Shown here in pieces: positions 12,766-25,181 of a stretch of 64,000 bases of DNA. This DNA comes from Lama glama (Eukaryota), in the NCBI GenBank assembly GCA_028534125.1, contig CM052817.1, positions 94,056,001 to 94,120,000 on the forward strand. Reading direction: 5' to 3'. The first letter of the stretch is position 1. The number at the start of each line of letters is the position of its first letter. Made by a program: the position numbers and the translations under genes. Below the pieces are notes generated by a model that had not been told where the DNA came from, searched no databases, and saw only the letters and a program-made list of their open reading frames with translations.

Positions 12766-12772
12766 TGTGCTA
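12738..12772 (+). terminator. Candidate distal polyadenylation signal AATAAA
   Basis: AATAAA at 12738-12743, TGTA about 50 nt upstream, and a GU-rich gttttgctttgtgtg tract downstream. Repeat-dense DNA begins shortly after. Confidence 0.45.
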
Positions 12773-12778
12773 GACAGT

Positions 12779-12810
12779 CACACACACACGTACGCACACA
12801 CACACACACA
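12779..12810. repeat. Interrupted (CA)n microsatellite
   Basis: cacacacacacgtacgcacacacacacacaca. Confidence 0.85.
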
Positions 12811-12853
12811 TTGATTTCAGAGAGATGAAAAGGTTAGCCTTCCCTGGCTAGAC

Positions 12854-13025
12854 CAGCGGCTTCAACCGCTGGTTGAAGTGATTATGTTAGAATCACTTGG
12901 AAAAGTTTTGAAAAATAATATCAGACTCCCCCCCCCAGACCAGTTAAACTACATGGGGACTGAGCATCAATATTTTTTAAAGTTCTCACATGATTTTAAT
13001 GTGCTGCCTCAGTTGAGAACTTCTG
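12854..13025. mobile_element. MER5-family hAT-Charlie MITE
   Basis: Termini cagcggcttcaa...ttgagaacttctg, internal ttagaatcacttgg. 8-bp TSD ggctagac (12846-12853) / ggctagaa (13026-13033). Confidence 0.75.
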
Positions 13026-13124
13026 GGCTAGAAAAGGAGCTGTTTTCCCAAGGGCTTTTATCCAAGGATATTAATATGCTGGCTGGCTGTCATGTGCTGG
13101 ACATGGATATTTATATGTCTTTGT

Positions 13125-13283
13125 AACTTATGTCAGTCCTGTGAGTTTATACCTTTCCCCTCCCTTACTCCTTTATGGATAAAGAAAGACTCTGTTTAAG
13201 GAATTTGCTCAAAATCATGCAGCTAAAAAATCAGAATTGAGATTTTAATCCAGGCCTTCAGAACTCCAAAGTCAATGCTCTAA
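13125..13283 (-). mobile_element. Degraded MIR
   Basis: ttaaggaatttgctcaaaatcatgcagct...aatccaggccttcagaactccaaagtc. Confidence 0.55.
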
Positions 13284-14087
13284 CAGAGGGACAGTAACAA
13301 GTAGGAGAAAAATATGAACAAAAGACTTAAGCAAATTACATGTTTAAAAAAGCTTGCAAAAAAATTTATGAAATAAAATTCTATAATCTGTCTCACTTAT
13401 TCTTTTGCACTCCAAACATGATTCCAAAAAAATGAGATTTGCTTTGTAAAAACTTGTAGATGGTGATCTAAATGGTTAAGAAATGTGGTTCTTAGCAAGC
13501 TCATTTGCTGCACCAGTTTAATCACTGCTTACTTTACCTGCCTCATCTCTTCATTCTTCCCTTTCTGTCCTCCCAAGTTTTACTGGACCTCGCATAGTCC
13601 TTATTCAGACAACATCATGTACTTGCCGTCTCTAGGCTTCTACACATGCAAATCCCAGTATAGCATACCATTCCCCTCACCCCACTTCCCCCTTCCTGCT
13701 TTCATTTGACTAATTCCAGCTCACCTGGCAATATGCTTAAGTATATCTCATACTGGCCTCCCAAACTGACTAGTCTTCCCTTTTATCCTGGGTTGTGTCT
13801 TGTGCTCCTTAAAAAGACCATGGTTTAGTAATGGAGCTAAATCAGCTCTAGAGCAAAGGCTGATCCATTACCTACAGGGAAAACTAAAAGCGAGCCTTGA
13901 AATGATCAAAGTCATCTATAAGTAATTCAGCTGCATGCAGAACAAAGTCCAATACTCTAAAGGAATACAACAAACCCAACATTTAACAAATACACAATAT
14001 TCAGGATCTGATCAAAAATTATCAGGCATTCAAAGAAAGAAAATATGACATACTTAGGAGAAAAAACAGTCAATAGAAACAAATTCA

Positions 14088-14250
14088 GTATAGCACAGGG
14101 AGCTATATTCGATACCTTGTAGTAGCTTATGGTGAAAATATGAAAAATAATATATGTATATTTATGTTTGAGTGAAGCATTGTGCCATATACCAGAAATT
14201 GACACATTATAAAATAACTATACTTCAATTTTTTAAAAGTAAAAAGAAAA
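14088..14250 (+). mobile_element. Short L1 3' tail nested in the older L1
   Basis: gtatagcacagggagctatattc...ccagaaattgacacatt...tatacttcaa followed by an A-rich tail. Confidence 0.75.
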
Positions 14251-14484
14251 AATGCCGATTCAGAAATTATGGAAAGGAAGGAACTGACAAACTAGCAGCT
14301 TAAAAGAATATAAAGAAAAATATGGACAAAATGAAAAAAAAAAAAAGGAAATTCCAAGAAATGGAAAGTCCAAGACAAAATGAATAAAGAAATGGATTTC
14401 CAAAGGAAATCATACCAAGGCACATGATAACTGAATTCATTAAAAACAGTGATAAAGAGAAACTGTTAAAAGCAACTGGAGAAA

Positions 14485-14705
14485 CAGATTCACACACTAT
14501 ATACAGCCCTCAAGTCAAATCTATCTTGCCTCCTGTTTTTTCATAAAAAAGTTCTACTGGACACTGACACATCTATTTGCTTACCTATTGTCTATGGCAT
14601 TTATTTCACTAGAATGGCGGAGTTGAGTAGTTGTGACAGACTATTTGGCCTGCAAAGCCAAAAATATTTACTAGAGTACTTCACTGAAAAAGTTTGTGAT
14701 TTCTG
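14485..14705. mobile_element. MER58A-like hAT MITE nested in L1
   Basis: ggagttgagtagttgtgacagac...tggcctgcaaagccaaaaatatttact...aaaagtttg. Confidence 0.75.
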
Positions 14706-15711
14706 ATAAAGAAAAACAGAAGACAGCAGTCTTCTTATTAAAAAATATGCAAGCTAGAAGGCAATGGAATGACATCTACAAAGTGTAGGAAGGAAAAGCT
14801 GCCTACGTAGTAAATATTTGCTATATTATACCAGCAAAGATGTCATTCAACGTGAAAGTGAAAAAGAAATTTTTAGACAAAAGCTGAGAATTTTTTCCTC
14901 GAATATTTGGACTACGTGGTATGTTAAAGAAAATTCTTCAGGCTGAAGGAACATGATCCCAGATGGAAACTTGGATCTACACAAAGAAATGAAGGGTGCT
15001 GGAAACAGATTTGGCACCATTGATTCAATATCCAGGAAAGGAGGGACAGCTTTGGAAAGCTCGAGACTCACACTGTGCCCAAGAACAGCGATTTGGGCCT
15101 CCTGCCGCATCCCCCATGCGCCCAGCATATCATGCAGACAGACGAGACTCTCTTCCAGGAAAAGAAGCATACACGTGGACTAAAGCAGGGTTTGGCAAAC
15201 ACAGCCTAGGAGCCAGCCACCTGTTTGTGCAGAAAATCCAAAATAATTAAGAATGTTAAACTTAACATACAAACTTTTAAAATCAATAGGTGAGTTTAGC
15301 ATGTTCCCTGAATATAAAGCCAGTATACAAAATTCAAATGTATATCTGGATATCGGGAACAAGTATTAGAATATAAAATTGAGTGATTATGTATACCATC
15401 ATATTTTCAAAATCAATTTTTTAAAAACGTAACATACACAAGACCTCCACACAGAATACTACAAAACATTTAAGAAAGTAAAGAAGACCTAAATAAATTG
15501 GTTTAGAAAGCTCAATATTATAAATATCTAATTTTCCTCACACTGGCCTATAGAATCAATGCATTCCCAATCTTGGATTTTTTTGTTTATATTGAGAAGC
15601 TGATTATAAGATGGAAATGAAAAAATTCTAACAATAGCCAAGACTCTTGGAAATGAACAAGGTAGGATGCCTTTCTTTAGAGGATAACAAGGCTTATTAT
15701 AAAACTAGGAT

Positions 15712-15842
15712 GGGGGGAGGGTATACAGCTCAAGTGGTAGAGCACACACAAGGTCCCAGGTTCAATCCCCAGCACCTCCTCCAAATGGAAATAACTAAAT
15801 AAACCCAATTACAACCCCCTCATATAACAAACAAAACAAGCC
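15712..15842 (+). mobile_element. tRNA-Ala-derived SINE (internally deleted anticodon arm) nested in L1
   Basis: ggggggagggtatacagctcaagtggtagagc...ggttcaatccccagcacctcc plus tail; short repeat aaaacta at 15701-15707 and 15843-15849. Confidence 0.85.
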
Positions 15843-15942
15843 AAAACTAATTAGGACAGAGTGGGTTATTATCTCTGTTCAGGAAAGAAAAGTGAATCCA
15901 GAAATAGACCCAAACTTATGCACACACGATTTATGACAAAAG

Positions 15943-16045
15943 TAAGATGACCATCCATCCTAGTTTGCCTGAAACTGAGGCTGTTCCCATGATATAGTAC
16001 TTTCAGAACTAAAACCAAGGAAATTGGAATGAGCTGGTCACAATA
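15943..16045. mobile_element. MER81-like hAT-Blackjack MITE nested in L1
   Basis: Imperfect TIRs taagatgacca / tggtcacaata. 8-bp TSD gacaaaag (15935-15942) / gacaaagg (16046-16053). Confidence 0.7.
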
Positions 16046-17404
16046 GACAAAGGTAGCACTTTAGACCCGTGAGGATGGTCTTTTCAATAAATTATAAGGG
16101 GCAATTGGATAATCATATAAAATAAAAGAAATTCAGCTCTTACACTACATAGAAAAATATATTTCAGATGGATTGTAAATCTAAGCTGAAAGGCAAATTA
16201 ACGCTCTAAAAGATTACCTGGCAGAATATCTTCAAAACCTAGGAATATGGAAAGATTTCTTAAATAGGATCCAAAAAGCCCTTGTCGTGAAGGAAAGCAG
16301 TGGTAAAATGGATTACATAAAATGAAAAACTTCTGTTCCTCAAAGACACCATTCAGAATGAAAAAATCATGGAGTGGAAGATATTTGCAACTCATAAGTG
16401 AATATATAAAGAACTGCTATAAATCAAAAATAAAAAAAAAGATAGTCTGCAAGAAAATGAGGAAAAGAGAAGCAGGAACTTCATAAGAACAACTTTCTAA
16501 TAAACATATAAAAAGATACGGATCTTCATTAATCATCAAAAATACAAATAAAACCACAGTGGTACACCGTTAAATGGCCGTAAGATGAATTAAGTTTAAA
16601 AAGATTGACAGTATCAAATCCTGATGAGGCTGCAGATTACAAAGTCTCATACACTACCTACAGGAGTGTGGATTGATAAAACTACTTTGGAAAAATGACA
16701 GTTATCTTTGAAAACTGGACCCATGCATATTCTACTATCCAGTAACTCACCACTAGGAATAGATCCTATAGAAACATATTCACAAAACATATTTTTAAAG
16801 GTTCAGTGTAGTATTATTAATAATGGCCTACAACTTAAAGTGTCTATGAAGAATAGACTAGATAAATTATGGTATATAATATGTTAAATTCCTATACAGC
16901 AGTGGAAATGAACTCCAGATACACATTACAAGAAGGATGAATTCCACAAACATAATTTAAGGAAAGCAAACCATTTACATAAAACAGGCAGTTTGTGGAT
17001 GTAGGAAGTATGGATGCTACCTTTAGAGAAAGGGAGGGGGAAGTAATCAGAAAGGGTCATGAATGGGGACTTCTGCGGTACAGTTAATGTTCTATTTTTC
17101 ACCTAGTTGTTCATTTACCAGTTGTGTTCACTTTATAACATATCAAACTGTATACTTACAATTTTATACTTTTCTGTATATCTTTTATACTTCAAAAAAA
17201 TATTGAAAATCTTCATTATAACCGGCAGTTTTTTTTAAGAGTAGCCGAGCAGAGTGTAAGACCAGAGGCCAGAAAGCAGTTAAGAAGCTACTCCAGGAGC
17301 CCCAGGGATGGATGATGAGCTTATACTAAGAGAGTCGGAGAAAAGTGGAAAGACTAAAAATAAATTGTTTGCATATATCTAAATTGAGTACCTATTTTAA
17401 ATTT

Positions 17405-17498
17405 TCAATTAAAATATTGGTTCTTCAGATGCACTAACCACATTTCAAGTGGTCAATGGCCCCATGTGGCTCACGGCTCCCATAATGAACAGCACAAC
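17405..17498. mobile_element. MER3/MER33-like hAT MITE fragment
   Basis: gcactaaccacatttcaagtggtcaatggccccatgtggct...aacagcaca. Confidence 0.65.
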
Positions 17499-17612
17499 TC
17501 TAAATAATAGTAGTGAACCATAGTGATGGTAAACTACATTTTGTAATTTTATGCCACCTTCCCATCCTAAGTACCCGAAATCTGGGTACCCTTATAAAAA
17601 ATTAAACACATC

Positions 17613-18015
17613 GGCAGCAACATGGATGGACCTAGAGATTATCACACTAGTGAAGTAAGTCAGACAAAGAAAGACGAATATCATATGATATCACTTACAT
17701 ATAGAATCTTAAAAAATGACACAAATGAACTTATTTACAAAACCAGAAACAGACTCAGAGACACAGAGAAAAAAATTATGGTTACCAAAGGGAAGGTGGG
17801 GAGGGATAAACTTGAAGTATGGGATTTGCAGATACAAACTACTATATATAAAACAGATAAACAGGGTCCTACTGTATAAAAAAAGGAACTATATTCAATA
17901 TCTTGTAATAACCTATAATGAAAAAGAATATATATATATGTATAACTGAATCACAATGCTGTATACCAGAAACTAACGCAACATTGTAAATCAACTATAA
18001 TTCAATTAAAAAAAT
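17613..18015 (+). mobile_element. 5'-truncated L1 (end of ORF2 plus 3'UTR)
   Basis: gcagcaacatggatggacctagagattatc...gtgaagtaagtcagac...acattgtaaatcaactata followed by an A tail. Confidence 0.88.
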
Positions 18016-21000
18016 ACATGTCTATTCTCTAATTATGGAATAAAAGAAAATATTTAAGAAAAAACTTCTGGGTGCCCATCTTCCTGGAAATTTCAGGCTC
18101 AATTCTACTCAGAGGATGGACCATATATGACTTCTGAAAGAGGAACTTATAACAATATTATTAACTTCCCCATTATTAAGGCAACAGAGCAACAGACTTA
18201 TTTTAATGTTGTTCCTGTTGACCACTTATTAACCAGTCTGTTCATGGCTATCAGAAAGGAAATAACTCATAATGTTTATTTACCCTTTTAGAACATCTTG
18301 TCTTCTTAAGTTTATTTTTATTTCTGGGGTTTGGGGTTGTATGTCCTCAACTTCCTAGCACTTACCCAGTTTCTTTAAACAGGCAATAACAGAAGTGAAT
18401 ATTTTCCACGATGTCTGCCTTGTGGTATGTGATCTTGATACCAAAATCACAACATCCTAGTGGAGAGCACTGCTGCTGTTCAGTGTCTCCAGAATGATCT
18501 ACACTTGGCTAATTCCAAGGCACGTGTTTATAAATAATACTCATGCTGCATTTTTTGACAGCTTATATTTCCAGAGAACTCCATCATTTTCAGGTATGAA
18601 GGACAGGCTTGAACTTAATTTGGTTCTGTCTGGAGCAGTTTGTTCTCAAACATGGTCCAGAGTTAATGAGGAAAATATTGAAATCTAGGTTCAAAACATG
18701 GAAAAGTAATTTGCTGTTGTAATTGATGGTACACTTCTGTATGTCCCTGCTGAATAATTTCTTGCCTTGGAAAATTTCCCCCCTCCCAGCTTTCGGTAAC
18801 AACCGAAGCAATTGCATAATCAAATTAGCCAATGGTCAGAGACCAGTTTATTACTGTCGTCACCCATGGCTAAGATGAACACAGAACGAAAAGTAAAATA
18901 ATAACAATGATAGAAATACAAAACTTGCCTCTCAACCTCCACTGCCCATGCCTAAATCCCAGCAAAACAGTATTAGAGAAAACATCCCAAACTAAACTAA
19001 GAATCTTGCTTTGGGAAGTGACTGCCCAGAATACTGTATTGTGTCTTCAGCCAGGACACCAGCTGCCAATATAAACAGGTTGGCAATTGTCTGGAACAGT
19101 TCTTGAATATTCCACAATCCCTTGTTGGAACATCATGGTTAGACACTTAAAAGTATACAAAGGGCTAAGTTTGTGTTAAATACTAGAGACAAAATAATAG
19201 ATTGGCTGCCATCTGGCAAATACGTTATCTTCCCAGATCTACTATTGATTCAGAATAACTGCCTTAAATAATCCACATCTCTATTTTCTAGGTAATGCAG
19301 TGTCAGTTAAGAACACTCAGTACACTGGAGGTTTGGTTTTAAGGAAGAACAATGAGAATAATAGTGTTGTTTATAAAGAGGGGCTTCATTTTTAAAAAAT
19401 GTATGATCATAGTTGGCAAGACAAGTGATAACCCTGAAGCTTTACATTAGTCAGTTATTTTATTCTTTCCATAGAAATTTGGGAGAGCTGCTAACAAGAA
19501 GTCACATGTCTATTCTCCTCAGACACAGTATTTCTGAGTGGAGAGTTTTTAATTTTCATACTTTAAATAAATTGACTAATGTGATTTCTTTTGCCATTAA
19601 AGTGTCCCCCAAAAAGGTACATTTAACACAATCTTTATTAAAGTGTTAAGTACATGAGGAAAGCCTATTGTTAATTCTGTATATTTGGGAATATGGTTGT
19701 CTGCAGCTAGACTGAATTCCCTCTGATAGAATGACTTTATCTTTCCCTCCCAATGTCCATTGTACCACCTGACGTTTCATAGGCACTAAATGCACATGGA
19801 ACTGAATACAAGAGTGTGCTGGGCAGGGTCATTTTCCAAGAGCCCAGAATTATGAGTCTTGAAGAAGTTGATAGACATCATTGGTCAAAAAGTGTCTGGA
19901 TGGTCTGCATTAGGACAAGTGGATGGAAGAACTTCATACTTTCAGGGAGGTGTACCCAACGAAGAACCTGGTCATAACTGGGCCAAGAACTGACATTCCA
20001 CCCAAGATGAACTAATTTCCTTTCTAGAAATTTGGAATTAGGACTTATAGATAAGAGTAATTTTATACTAATGTATATGTTATATTATTTACTATGTTGT
20101 ATTATATCATATATTATAGAATTTACAAGGCTACAGCACTTCGAATAACAGAATAAGATAATGTGTGAAGATTTCAATTTGGGTAGAATAGGCACTAGAT
20201 TTTTTATTAAATGAGGAAAAAGTCTTTGGCCCACTTGAGCCTTAATCTATTTCATTATCAGGCAGAGTCAAAAGCCACAGGGCAAGATTAATTTTTTTAG
20301 CAATTTTAGTTACTTTTAAACTTACATGGATCTGTTTTGGCATTTATTTCATTCTTGGACTCTTTGGCCTTCAGAACGATGCATTTTTATGGCCTCTATT
20401 TAATTTGGTTAGCTGTTCTGCCCGTGACTCTTCCGAGAAGATTCACCTACTTTCTTTAGTAAGTGTAACCTGGTCTTCCTCTTAGAAAGAGACAGCATGG
20501 AGTTGGCTGGGCCTGAGGCCAGCTTTAGATCTGACTTGTGCCTGAGGATGGAATGACTGTTTCTTAGGGACTAGCTGAACTGCAGAGAAGAAAGAGAGTG
20601 GGGAGAGGAAAAGGAAATAAAGAGGGAAAAAGAGATGGGGTGGCAGGCCTGAGGGCTGCTGCTAGGTTTTTATGATTTTTACTTCATACCCTGAAGTATA
20701 ATTTTATATAAAGTATTATTTAACATTTTTAATATATACCTTTTGATAATTGATCTAGCTATATGCATAATTGTTGGTTGATATAAATAGCTTATATTAT
20801 GCATGTGGTATGAAACTAAACCTGCCAACTCTCAAACTCGAATGACTTAGTCTTTCTTTAAGCAGCTACCACTGCTGAGGGCCTCCCTCCGAAGGCTGTT
20901 GGGCAGTGGGCAAGCAATGCACATTCCCCACAGAAAGGTGTTAAGAAGAGAAGCTAGAACACAGGACCTGGGAGGGAATGGGCTTCCAAAGGGAGTGACG

Positions 21001-22319
21001 CCCTCCCACACTCCCACTCTCCTCCCTCTCCTCCCATCTCTGATCTTTTCCATCCTGCAGCGGTTGATCTAACACACTGTCATTTAAGTCAAGATTCCTT
21101 TTTATCAAAAATCCCCATGGTTTGGTCTTCATTAAAACTCGCGATTCTGAAACTGGGGAGACAAGAGGCAAAAGCAGGATTGCCTAGTTTTATTAATGTT
21201 TTTAAACGCCACTTTTAGGACACTGATGGAACCCAAAGCAAAATGTTCACTGAAATCCATCAGTGAATCATGCACATATTAGTTTAAATTCTTATTTACT
21301 CAGTCCTGTGATTATTCATCTGGAAAAAAATGAAATTGCTAGAGTTGTCAAAATCAAGAAACGATTTTTCAAAGCCAAAGAAGAAATAAACGTGAGGCAA
21401 AGATTTTTTTCAGAACTGTTTTTCTGTGCTGGCTGTGTAAATAATAGTCCAGAAGTTAAAAGGAGCCCAAAGAAGTCACAGATTAGGGAAAGTTAAGGAT
21501 TACTCAATAATTATATTTCATTTACTACCATTGGTGATATATAATCATGTTTTCTGCAAATATATTTAGAGTATCTCTGGAAGGAACACACAATAAACTG
21601 TTAGCTTTGATGTTTCCAGGGAGAAATCTGGGGAGACTTGTTTTTTTACAGTATTTTGGGAGCATTTTAAAAATTTTGTATCATGTATATGTAATTGTAT
21701 CTTTTCAGTTCTTCTTTTTATTATTTTTAAAAATTTTAATAAACATACTAAATTTTTAAATAACTTACAGAAAATTTTTTCAGGTTTTCTAAAGAAATAA
21801 CCTTTTACCTAACCAGATAGTAAGTGCAAATAAATTCTGCCCATTGGTATAAAGTGTTTTTAATCAACAGTGTCTCTCCGTTCTATGACTTACTGGCTAG
21901 ACCTTTTTAAAATATCAGTGTTTAGGGAGGTCTTAAGTGTGTTTACCACAGAAACAATTCTGTTCTATGAGCTTTATGCTATGGGAAGAAATAATAAGGT
22001 AGTTACTATAACAGCCTTCGCATGAATTGGCGAAACGAGAGATCAAGCTGAACTGGAATTAGCAATAGAAGAAAAAAGAAGGAGATAAATGAGGGAAACA
22101 ATTGTTGAGGGCAGTTTTAAAATCAGCTGGCCCTTGAACCTCTGAATTTTGCTCTCTTCAAAGGCATCATTCTCTTATGGCCAAAAAGGGTACATTATCT
22201 ACCTCTAGGGGTTTGAGTCTCATGGAATCAGAGTCCCAAGTCGAACTAAAGATCTCAAGTATGTGAAGACCTTCTTCACATAACTTGCTAATGTTCCATA
22301 CAATGAAAACTTTCTCTTC

Positions 22320-23600
22320 CCCTGCTGCCCTGTACAAAACCTATCTTTAGACTGAAAAATTTATACCAAATTTCCATATACCTATCAGCCAATTTCCCTG
22401 CCCCTTGGGATTATTTGAAGGAATCTCAGGCATCATTTCATCTTTAAATACTTCCATTTATATCACTAAATTCTAAGAATTCTTTTTTTAAAATCTAACC
22501 ATAGCAAAATGTTCACACCTAAAAAACTTTCAATCATTTCTTAACATCATGAAATTTCCAATCAGCATCCAGATTTCCCGAATTGTCTTAGAATGTTTCT
22601 TTTGTTTTTTTTTTTTACATCGCTTCTAATGTTTTATGTTCGAATGTTTATGTTTGAATCGGAATCCAAATATGGTCCATACAATGCAATTGATTTAGAT
22701 ATGCTTTCTCAGGCTTTTTAAATCTATGGGTTTCCCTCTCATTTCTCCCTTATTTTCCTTGCAAATTCTGTTGTCATTGTTGAATGAACCAACTTCCTTG
22801 TTCTGTAATTTCCCATTAAGAATATCCCTCTAGGGGCTACAATCAAATTCCTGTTTTAAAGGCGCTTAGAATAGTTACCGTATGATGATGCTTCTAACTT
22901 GAAAACGGTGTCTTGGTGTAGTTTCCATTTTCATTTCTTCTATGGTGAGTGAGGTTAAGCTTCTGTTCATGTGCGTGGTGTCTCATATATTACGGAAGGT
23001 TTTGTTCACATCTTTTGCCTTTCTTTTTATTGGGTTCCTTATAAACCGATAAGAAGTCTACATTAGAGACATAGACCTTTGTGATTTGAGTTGTGATTAT
23101 TTTTTTCCCATTTTAATCTTTCATCCATATTTTTATGTTACTCATGGTGTTTTCATCATGCAGATGTTGATTTTTTTTTCATGCAGCCAAATGTAACAAT
23201 TTTTTTAAGGCTTGTAGATTTTATGTCTCAGTTAATAAGGTCTAGTAAAGAAGAAAATTAATTGTGCCCTGAAAATGTTCAGTAAGTCATGAGGAAAAGA
23301 AATATTTAAAAGACTGAGAAACACTGGGAAAGGATATAAAGCTCAGAAAGTCCCACCTTCAAAGCGTGGTCATAATAAATGTCTAAGGGAAGGGCTTTGC
23401 CTGTATTTGTGCCAGTTCTGGGCATGGATAGAAACTGTCAAGAAACTGAAGGCTAGTTTTTTTTTTCTAATTGAAGTATAACATATACAGTAGATTGGAT
23501 GAAGTGAACTAGTCTTAAGTATACACTTCAGTAAATTCTCACATACCTTTATTTCCTGCGTAACTACCACCCAGATCAAGATACTCTGAATGCCAAGTTC
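22320..23600 (-). mobile_element. Decayed old L1 (L1MC/ME-type) fragments
   Basis: T-rich antisense L1 motifs (ttcatttcttctatggtgagtgaggttaagc; ttgaagtataacatataca...taactaccacccagatcaagata). Boundaries approximate; several pieces. Confidence 0.5.
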
Positions 23601-24707
23601 TTGATCACCTGACAAATGGAGGAAGAAGAGATGCTTAGTCTTGAGGGTTAGAGAAATGCATCCTTAGTGCAACAGAGTGGGAGGAGTAAACGGAATGAAA
23701 AGGGATGGGTTAGGATCACACAAGGACTGTTGGGATTAGCCCACCTCCGTCTGATCACAGGGCCTGAGGGTCCTCCCTGAAGTCTCACTTTGTTAGAATG
23801 TATTCATATAGAGCAAAAGAAAACAAGGGTATGGTGCAACCCCAAAACAGGAGAGGGGGCTAAATAAAGGTTAACTCTATGGAAATGGATTAAGGTGTGG
23901 CTTCTGCATCAGAGGTAATGAAGGGTGAAGATAAACATTCAGGAGAACTGACTTACAGTAGTAAGCCAGCACTGACTCTTTCCTCCTTTGATCTCTTTAT
24001 CATCCCCTCTTCCCAGGTGGCCCAACCAAAATCTGCAGAGGGATGAGGAAGGGCAAAGTAGGATTAAAAATAAACCAAAGTGAAGATAAGGCACAGACCA
24101 ATGCTCATTCACCTCCCATTGCTATTGCTATTCTTCCCTTATAATGAAAAGTAAAGTTCTTCTCGAGTCCACCCTACACACAGTACAGGTTCAACTCCCT
24201 AGAGGCAACTGTTAAGGGGAGGTCTCCCTATTCCTGATGTTTCCTTCCACATGTGTCCATCCAGGCCTCTCTCCACCCCATTCATTTATAGAATGGCTTA
24301 ATCTGAGTGGAAATTTGAAAAAGATAAACTGTATTTGTCTGGCTTGACTCCTTCCTTTCTCTCCCCTGGGGGCTGGAGTTTCACGGGGGAAGGTGTTCCC
24401 TGCTGCTTTGCTAGGTGTGGCCTCTTCCCACAATGTGCGAAGGGCTGCCCTGGTCCAGCACTTTTACAATTGCTTGGGAAAAGTTCCTCTTCCCAGAGTG
24501 CATTAAACAAGCTTTTCAGCTCTCGGAACAAGGCATGTCCTCCAAGTTAGCCTTTGCCACTAATAAAGTAACCTTGACATCTCCCATCAGCCTTACTCCT
24601 GACCTATTACCTGACTTGTTCGGAAACTGAATGGAAAAGAGATCCCCCATTGACTGGTACTCCAATATCACCTGCTTATGACTGAGATTTTAGTTCAAAA
24701 CATTATA

Positions 24708-25181
24708 CCACAGATAAGTGATATCATATGATATTTGTCTTTCTCTGACTTACTTCACTTAGTATGATCATCTCAAGGTCCATCCATGTTGCTGAAAATG
24801 GCATTATTTCATTCTTTTTCATGGCTGAGTAGTAGTCCATTGTGTATGTATATACCACTTATCTGTGGAACTAAAAAAAATTACAGATGAACTTATTTAC
24901 AAAACAGGAAGACTTGACTCACAGACATAAAAACAAACTCATGGTTCCAAAAGGGGAAGGTAGAGGGAGGGATAAATTAGGAGTTCAGTATTAGCAGATA
25001 CACACTACTACATATAGATAAATAAGTCCTACTGTATAGCACATGGAATTATATCCAATATCTTGTAATAACCTATAATGAAAAATAATATGTATATATA
25101 TGACTGAATCACTATGCTGTACACCAGAAACGAACACAACATTGTAAATCAACTAGACCTCAATAAAAAAAATTAAAAATA
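24708..25181 (+). mobile_element. 5'-truncated, 5'-inverted L1 (twin-priming structure)
   Basis: 24708-~24857 is antisense L1 ORF2 end; ~24856-25181 is sense 3'UTR plus A tail. Degenerate TSD aaaacattata (24697-24707) / aaaacaataca (25182-25192). Confidence 0.85.

Larger units (their letters stand above)
13820..17200 (+). mobile_element. Old fragmented L1 (ORF1 remnants, ORF2 3' half, 3'UTR) interrupted by several younger inserts
   Basis: A-rich decayed L1 motifs, e.g. cataccaaggcacatgata (ORF1), aatgcattcccaatc, ccagaaatagaccc, aacttctgttcctcaaagacacc (ORF2), and a 3'UTR ending atacttcaaaaaaa near 17195. No intact ORF. Confidence 0.75.

Noticed and set aside
15009..15185. Possible snRNA (U2-like) pseudogene
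   Set aside because: On inspection the reverse complement does not align to U2 or other snRNAs I can recall; kept only as an unexplained insert.
17622..17949. ORFs in L1 tails (also 31487-31718, 42472-42789, 45691-46361)
   Set aside because: Translations of L1 ORF2 ends or 3'UTRs, not host genes.
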